Assembly: GCA_025558095.1 (NCBI GenBank)
Contig: JAIVFI010000008.1
Coordinates: forward strand, 248,001 to 312,000
DNA from: Hyaloraphidium curvatum SAG 235-1
Taxonomy: Eukaryota; Fungi; Monoblepharomycota
DNA: 64,000 nucleotides
Direction: 5' to 3'
The notes beneath the pieces were generated by a model. The model saw nothing but the letters and a program-made list of their open reading frames with translations, made no database searches and was not told the DNA's origin. A program made the translations under genes and the position numbers. Within the stretch, counting starts at the first letter, position 1. Every line of letters begins with the position of its first letter. Positions 57,319-64,000 of the stretch are shown piece after piece.

Positions 57319-58532
57319 TCACTCGCCCCGCTGCCTCTTGATCTTGACCTTCTCCTCCTCCTGCGGCACCACCGCCTCGGCCGGCTGCTGCAACAGCACC
57401 AGCTGCTGCCCGCCGTAGCCCTCCCCCCCGACCATGACGAACTGCCCCAGCCCGCCCAGCCCCTGCACGCCGGGCGACGACAGGGCGTAGAACAGCTGCC
57501 CGTTGGCGCCCTGAACGAGGTACGGCATCGACACGGCCTGGGGCTGCTGCTGCTGGCTGGGGAAGGTGTAGACGGGGGAGTAGTTGAGCGGGGGGGTGTA
57601 GGGGTCGCCGCCGTGCAGGAGCGGGGTGGCCGTGGCGGCAGGTGGCGGGGTGGGGGGCTTGCTGGCCGGTTCCGTCGGGGGGGTGGAGACGGCGGGCGGG
57701 GTGGCGGCGGGGGAGGGCTTGGCGGAGCGGCGCGGCTTGCGCGGCGCGGAGGGAGCCGCGGCCGGCTTGGGCGGCGGCGGGGCAGGCGCGGGTTCGGGGT
57801 CCTCGGGGGGGCCGGCGGCGCCGGACTCGTCGTCCAGCTCCGAGGGGTCCGAGTTGAGGCACGCCTGGATCAGGTTCTTGCCCTGCTCGCGGGTGATGAT
57901 GGGCTGGAGCTTGGGCGTGGCAAATGTGTAGACATGGCCCGTTTCAGAGGCCACCAGCAGCAGGACCTGCGTGCCCGTGAGGGTTGAGAGCTCGTAGGCC
58001 TGGAAGGCGGCGGCAATGACGGGCGAAAAGGAGGCAAGGAGCGTTAGATGCCATTTCAGAAATGAAAAAGGCCTGGCGACGGCCAGCGACCAGGGAGGGG
58101 TGAATCGACCGAGGGCGGTCGGGCTCGCCGCAGCTGTGCCCTCCCGGTGCGGCACCCATCCGCTGCAGCCCGTCCTTTGGCCGCGGTATGCCTCTCCGAC
58201 CCGTTTTCCGCCACCCGGGACCCGAGTCCGACGACGCACCTTCTTCATGATCCCGGCCTTGCGCTTCGAGAAGGTGATGTGCCTGCGGCTCTTGTCGTGG
58301 ATGTACTCGATCTTTATCTTGCGCCTGCCCTGCCTGGCGGGCTTGCCGCCGCCGTCGTCGCCGTCGGACGAGCCCATGTCGTCGTCATCGTCGGCAGCTG
58401 GGCGGGGGTGGGGGTCAGGTGGGCGGGGCTGCCGGCGGCGGGTGGCCCACGTCTGCCGTTCTGCGCGGCGGCGAGCATCTGGTGCGAGAGGTGCGCGATG
58501 TCCTGCGGCTGCAGCAGCGCCTGCTTGCTCAT
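57319..58532 (-). CDS. MCM1: SRF-type MADS-box transcription factor
   Basis: GRRKIKIEYIHDKSRRHITFSKRKAGIMKK|AYELSTLTGTQVLLLVASETGHVYTFATPKLQP. Confidence 0.93.
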
Positions 58533-59380
58533 CGTCTGCGGCGGCCGTCAGCGGATGGCCGGAGGGGCCGCGCCACGCTCGACGGCAGGCGGCGGCGGGC
58601 GCCCGGACGACGCCCGCGCGCCCGGGGCCGCGACGCACCTCGCGCTGGGGGCACCACGGGTGGTTGCGCGGGCCCAATGGGACCGGAGTTCCACGCTCTC
58701 CGAAAGGGAAAAGGCTCGCTCGCTCGCTAAGGAAACGGGGCTGGGGTGAAGGTGGTTGTGAGGCTGAAAACGATGAAAAGGGAAGGAGGTCGCCCCCACA
58801 CACTGCCCCGCCCCAGCAGGGACCTCTCATGGCCTCCAAACACCGGGGAGAAGGGCTCAATCTGCTTTTATCCGTTTGGATCTCTTGAATATGTGGTGGA
58901 GGCGGTTGACGCCGTCAGGGGCGGCCGCGAGGGGCGGCCGCGAGCCGACGGGTTCATCACTACCACCGAAACCGAGGCGCGCAACGCCAAACGTGTTTCA
59001 AATGGCCTGCAATCGATGGCACCTGGTGCCATTTGGCCTGATGGCCCTTCTTTGGACGTCCAGAGGTGAGTTTCGAGTCGGCCGATATCCAGGTGCCCGG
59101 AAGAGCATCCGGGCCGAGTCCATCACCGCACTGTGGGGCCAATCTGCGAATCTTCTCTGCGTCTTTGATCGATTAGCGGTGCCATGGCCAAGTCTCATGA
59201 TACGCCAAGCGCCCGATGCCTTGTCGCGGCACGGCTCAATGAGTTAGCCGCCCGTGCCGAACACCACCGTCTCCCGCTCCGAGCCCCGCTCCTCCCGAGA
59301 CCGGCTCGTTCACGGCCGTTCCAACGCCGTCTCCCGAATTTGCACCCTTCGCCGAGGCCACCGCGCCCCCTCCGCCCGCG

Positions 59381-60401
59381 ATGGCCGCCCCCGCCCCCAA
59401 CTACACCTTCGAGACCCTCCGCACCTCCTTCCCGGCGCCTTTCGTGCTGCACGTCGAGATCAACCGGCCCACGAGCCTGAACGCGTTCAACCCGACGTTC
59501 TGGGCCGAGTGCAAGGCGTGCTTCGAGCGCGTGGCCGACGACCCGGACGTCCGCGCTGTGGTCCTGTCGGGCGGCGACTCGAGGATCTTCACGGCAGGAT
59601 TGGACAGTCGGTCCCCCCTCACCGTCCGCCGAAACCCGCTGACTCGCCCGCCCTCCCAGTCAAGGCCTTCCAGCCCGGCGCCGCCCGCGCCAAGCCCGTC
59701 GACCCCGCGCGGGACGCCTACCGCCGCCTGAAGCACCTCAAGCGGGACATCCAGGACCCCTTCATCGCCATCGAGGAGTGCGACAAGCCCGTCGTCGCGG
59801 CGTGGGTCCGGCCCGGCGTCCGCCGCCCGGGCCGATCGCTCACCCCGCTCCCGCCCCCGTAGCGTGCACTCCACGGTGATCGGCGCCGGCTGCGAGATGA
59901 TCGCCGCGTGCGACATCCGCTACGCCACCGAGGACGCCCGCTTCAGCGTCAAGGAGGTTGACATCGGCATCGCGGCCGACTCGGGCGGCCTGCAGCGCAT
60001 CTCCAAGATCTCGGGCAGCGATTCGTTCGTCCGCGAGATCGTCTTCACCGCGCGCTTCTTCTCGGCGGCCGAGGCCGAGAGGCACGGGTTCGTTTCCAGG
60101 ATCCTGAAGGACAAGGCGGCGTGCGTGGCGGCGGCGGTCGAGACGGCCAAGCTGATCGCGGAGAAGAGCCCCGTGGCGACGCTGGGGAGCAAGCACATGT
60201 GGGTTTCCTGCTGCGTGGCGCTGCCGGGGAGGCGCTGACTCCCGCCCGCTGCGCAGCATGAACTGGAGCAGGGACCGCACCGTGCGCGACGGGCTGCACT
60301 ACACCAACGTGTGGTCGGCCATCTTCCAGCAGACCGAGGACATGGGGAAGGCCGCGCTGGCAAACGCCAAGAAGACCACGGCCGAGTTTGCCAAGCTCTG
60401 A
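59381..60401 (+). CDS. ECH1: Delta(3,5)-Delta(2,4)-dienoyl-CoA isomerase (crotonase family), peroxisomal
   Basis: VEINRP..LNAF, FTAGLD, IEECDKPVVAA, ACDIRY, KEVDIGIAADSGGLQR and KSPVA; ends with PTS1 AKL. Confidence 0.9.
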
Positions 60402-60651
60402 ACTCCCGTTCGGGTGGGACCGCAGGGGGCAGGAGTTGGACGGACGGTCTAGGACGGCGGCATGGATCGCGCAGACGAATGATATTTGATGGCATACTTG
60501 CGGTTCGCGATGCTGTCAAAGGCCGCTCATTTTCCTTCCTCCCGAAATCCTTCCTCCGAAATCCTTCCTCCGCTAATCTACCTCCACCGAGCCGAATCCT
60601 CCGAACCAACCCATCGATCTGTCAGGAACCCTGCCCCGCTCCTCCGTTCCC

Positions 60652-61926
60652 TCAACCCAGCAGCTCCGCCACGGCGCCCTGCACGCCCCCGCTCCCGACC
60701 ATCCGCGCCAGCTCCTCGTCGCTCCTCCCCTGGCCGAGCCCCATCTCGCGGATCTGCGCCACCTGCGCCGCCAGCAGCACGGTCGCCGGCGAGGGGGGGA
60801 AGGCGGCGGCGGGGGGAGGCGGGAAGTGCGGCGGCGGGGGGCCGGGCCAGCCGCGCATCCCGGGGGGCGGGGGAGGGAACTGGTGCGGCGGGGGAGGGAA
60901 GGGGGGGAAGTGGGGAGGGGGAGGGGGGAAGGCGCCCGGCATCGCCGGGGGCTCGGGGCCGGGAGGAGGAGGGGGGCGGCGGGTGCGCGCGGCCATGTCG
61001 CCGATGACGCGGGCGACCTGCTGCGCGACGACGAAGGCCATGGAGAGTGCCGAGGCGCCGACGTTTGCGGCGGTCCCAGGGGCGGGCGGGGTGATGGTGG
61101 GCGTGGTCGGGGTGGTCGGCGGGGCGGCGGCGGGGGCGGCGCCGCGGCGGCGGTCGAGGTCCGCGGCCCATTCCTCGACGCTCTTGCCGATCCTGTCCGC
61201 CAGCTCGTCGATCCCGCCGTTGGCTTGGGCCTGGGGCTGCGGAGCCTGGGCGCGGGCGCCCTGCGTGGTGGCCTGCCAGGCGCCGACGCCCATGCCGGCG
61301 ACGGAGCGCACCACGTCAGCGGCGTTGGCGCCCACGGCGCTGACGACCCTCCTGACGAGCGCCTGCAGCTCGGGGTCCGAGTCCCAGTGCGCGCGCAGGG
61401 TGGCGATCAGGCTGCGGAGCAGGGGGAGGATCGGCTCGGGCGGGGTGCGCTGGTTGGCGGCGGCGGGCGCGGCGGCTGCCTGCGCGGGCTCCTCCGCGTC
61501 GCCGACGGGGAACGAGCCGGGCACGGAGCGCTGCTCCTCGACGTCCATGCAGTCGTCCGCGGGTGCGGCGCGAGCCAGCTCGTCCTCCATGGCGGCTGCG
61601 AGCTCCTCCTCGGTGACGGGCGTGGCGGGCGCCATCTCGCTGCGCGGGCCGTCGGCGGGGTCGGCGCGGGCGGGCAGCAGCGGCGGCACGGCGGGGTACG
61701 CGATGTCGGGCGCGGCGGCGGCGGGGACCAGCACCAGCTTGGCTCCCGCGGCAACGGCGGCGGCGAGCGCGGCGTCGTCGGCCACGGGGGCGCCCTCGGC
61801 GGTCTGCAGCGCGAGATGCACGCCGGGCGGCACGCCGAAGCGGTCGCGCGCCGTGGCGAGGACTTCCAGCAGAGGGGCCGCGGGCAACTTCCGGGTCTGC
61901 CCGGCAAACGCGATCTTGACGGACAT
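60652..61926 (-). CDS. Protein with an N-terminal PB1/ubiquitin-like domain, Pro-rich linker and C-terminal UBA-like domain
   Basis: N-terminal MSVKIAFAGQTRKL; C-terminal QVAQIREMGL..GGVQGAVAELLG. Confidence 0.65.
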   Translation of the reverse strand: MSVKIAFAGQTRKLPAAPLLEVLATARDRFGVPPGVHLALQTAEGAPVADDAALAAAVAAGAKLVLVPAAAAPDIAYPAVPPLLPARADPADGPRSEMAPATPVTEEELAAAMEDELARAAPADDCMDVEEQRSVPGSFPVGDAEEPAQAAAAPAAANQRTPPEPILPLLRSLIATLRAHWDSDPELQALVRRVVSAVGANAADVVRSVAGMGVGAWQATTQGARAQAPQPQAQANGGIDELADRIGKSVEEWAADLDRRRGAAPAAAPPTTPTTPTITPPAPGTAANVGASALSMAFVVAQQVARVIGDMAARTRRPPPPPGPEPPAMPGAFPPPPPHFPPFPPPPHQFPPPPPGMRGWPGPPPPHFPPPPAAAFPPSPATVLLAAQVAQIREMGLGQGRSDEELARMVGSGGVQGAVAELLG

Positions 61927-62191
61927 CGTGGGAGGGCGGGGGTGCGGCGGTCGTTCAGGTCAGGGAGAGGTGTCGCGGGTGTCTCTTGCGTACGCCGAAC
62001 GCGAGAGAACGTCCCGCTTTTGCGTTTCGGGATTGCTGGGGACGTCTTGCGCGTCGCTTGCGTTGCTTGGTCGGGATTCGCCCGCGCTGACCGGTTTCTG
62101 AGAGGTCCTAAAACTCATATTTCCGGGAGCCTCGCAAGCCCGCGAGCGCACCGCATCTCCCTCAGAAACACCGCAAATCACCGCACCTCTC

Positions 62192-62389
62192 ATGTCCGCG
62201 CAGCTGCCCGTGTCGCAGGACCGCGCCGACGAGAAGGACCACCCGCAGATCCGCTCCTCCGACATGCCGGACTCCTCGAAGGTCCCCCCTCCGTACGGCA
62301 CCCGCTCGCACGAAGTGGAATGGTGGCGCTTGGCGTGGGTGCCAGCCGCCGCCGCGGCGTTCGCGGTGGCTTGGGCGGTGCGGAAGTGA
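62192..62389 (+). CDS. Small putative tail-anchored membrane protein; 3' end may be spliced
   Basis: ATG ORF with GC3 bias and a single C-terminal hydrophobic stretch. Confidence 0.4.
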   Translation: MSAQLPVSQDRADEKDHPQIRSSDMPDSSKVPPPYGTRSHEVEWWRLAWVPAAAAAFAVAWAVRK

Positions 62390-62696
62390 GCGCCACGCCG
62401 CTCGGACTTTCCTCGGACTCGTTCTCCGGTGCGGACGGACTCCACTCGGGCCCCTGGAGGCCTCAATGACACTTGCTCCATGCTGGGCAACCGGTCTTTC
62501 TCAGTCCTATGTAGTGCAACTTAGCAGATACAAAATAGTCTCGCAACACTCGATCCGCGCAGTGCTCTTCGCCTCTCTCGTCCGTCGTCCGGTGCCCCTC
62601 CACGCAGCCGCCACACCTCCCCCCACCCTCGGCCCGGGCCAGCACGGTCCCCACGTCCGCCGCCTCGCACCCCGCCAAGGACACAGTTCCGCGGTC

Positions 62697-64000
62697 CTAG
62701 ACGGCGCACCCGACGGCCCACAACAGGGAAAGCACCACCGGGCCCCACGCAAGCCCCGGACGATCCATCCCCTTTGATCCGCCGGGCCTGCTCGTCGGAG
62801 TCGGCGGGACCGCCGTCCCTGTCGCCGTCGCCGTCGCCCACGCGCACGCCGGCGCCGGCGCCGGCATCGCCGCCAACCCACCCACCTCCGCGTCCCCCAC
62901 CCCGCACCCCCGCGCCTCGGCCACGTGCTCCAGCCCGTTCGCCTCGTCGATCGCCACCGCGCGGCCGCGGACAAAGGGGATGCCCAGGACGGAGAAGGCG
63001 CCCGGCTGGCCGGGGGTGAGGTAGAATTTCCAGCTCGGGGAGGCGGGGGAGGTGAGCGCCGCTCCTAGAGGCTGAGAAGCGTTGAGCGCCGCCAGGATGG
63101 GGAAGAAGTAGGCTTGCGGCGGGAGCAGGTAGGATGCGCGCTGCGGGGTGCCCGACGTCGAGCCGAGCACGAGCGTCACGTTCGGCCAGGCCGACAGTTC
63201 TGCATAGGTGAGCAGCCGCGGGTTGAAGTTTGACGCGGTGCATGTTGCGGCGGTGCAGCCCGGCAGGGCAGACGCCTGGGCGGCGAGGAGGGAGGTGAGC
63301 GCCGCGTACGCATTGGGACTCAGCTGGATGGTCTCGGTGCCTGTCGAGGGAATACAGTCAGCGCTCGCGCCGACGACGATGCTTCCCCGAGCATTCGCCC
63401 CCGAGCGTTCGCCCACCAGAGTCGATCAGAATCCCCTGCGTCCCCTCGTCGACGGCGGAAACGGGGCCTCCGCCAACCCCGATCCCGACGATGCTGGCCT
63501 CGATCGATCCCGGTTTGGCCACCGACGCGTTGGACGGCGGCGCGGTATTCATCGGCCAGGAAACGTACGCCGTCCTGTTCGCGGCGAGGTCCAGCGCACC
63601 CCACGTCACGGTACCCCCGAACTGCCCCCCGAAGCAGAGTGTAAACACCTGCGGCAGCCCGAGCGCGGCCGACAGCTGCGCAGGAAAGTTCGGGTACGGC
63701 GGCCCCGCCGCGGCCGCCGTGCCGACGGGGTTGAGCAGCGCGCTCCGCACGCCGACGATGCCGTCCACGTCCGAATTGTTGGGCAGGAACGCGGTGCGCT
63801 CGTACATGCCCGCGAACATCGCCGGGATCGAGACGTTGCCCGCCCCGGGCAGCGAGACGCTGTCGTTGAACACGGCGCCCTTCCAGCTGGCGCCGCTGAC
63901 GTAGCCGACCTGCTGCCCGCACTGCGGCGGGAAGCTCCCCGCCGTGCAGAACCCCCCGCAGAACCCCGCCGTGCAGGAAACGGGCGCCGCCGAGGCCGAC
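62697..64000 (-). CDS. Pepsin-like (A1) aspartic protease, possibly GPI-anchored; 5' end lies outside the window
   Basis: DGIVG, VFTLCF, ILIDS|GT second catalytic motif, VLGIPFVRG and a hydrophobic C-terminal tail. Confidence 0.85.

Noticed and set aside
54014-58532. An SRF/MCM1 gene next to actin genes, suggesting an SRF-actin regulatory cluster
   Set aside because: There is no CC(A/T)6GG CArG box in the 143 bp actin promoter, and adjacency alone is not evidence
60311-62469. Long plus-strand ORFs of 596 and 547 aa, and similar ones such as 34378-36090, 18614-20071, 8409-9905 and 49186-50952
   Set aside because: They are antisense or off-frame shadows of real GC3-rich genes. They have no recognisable motifs, and stop codons are rare at this GC content.
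1-64000. CRISPR arrays, rRNA or tRNA genes, or a prokaryotic origin for the window
   Set aside because: No such RNA genes or arrays were recognised. Spliceosomal introns and eukaryote-specific genes occur throughout.

Overview
GC-rich eukaryotic DNA with many short (about 50-100 nt) GT/GC-AG introns. The gene content and intron style suggest an early-diverging, chytrid-like fungus (inference). About 23 host protein genes are supported, including an elongase, an ankyrin protein, SFH1/SNF5, a citrate carrier, a PHO85-type cyclin, a hybrid histidine kinase, a haloalkane dehalogenase, a boron transporter, MCM1/SRF, ECH1 and an aspartic protease. Three structures stand out. (1) At 52.2-57.1 kb, two actin-fold genes sit head-to-head and both start with a signal-peptide-like leader: a near-conventional actin, and a Cys-repeat beta-propeller fused to a divergent, sequon-rich actin domain. 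This is a candidate secreted or extracellular actin system and the top finding. (2) Two ~10 kb arms form an inverted duplication (14.3-24.3 kb and 30.55-40.57 kb) of a divergent pair of large secreted proteins, with alternating near-identical and diverged blocks around a 6.2 kb spacer of enzyme genes. (3) A young Ty3/Gypsy chromovirus has identical 131 bp LTRs, a TCCCG target-site duplication, a Tf1-type self-priming site, and gag, protease and pol in three different frames. Gene models were spliced by eye, so exon boundaries are approximate. No database searches were run.
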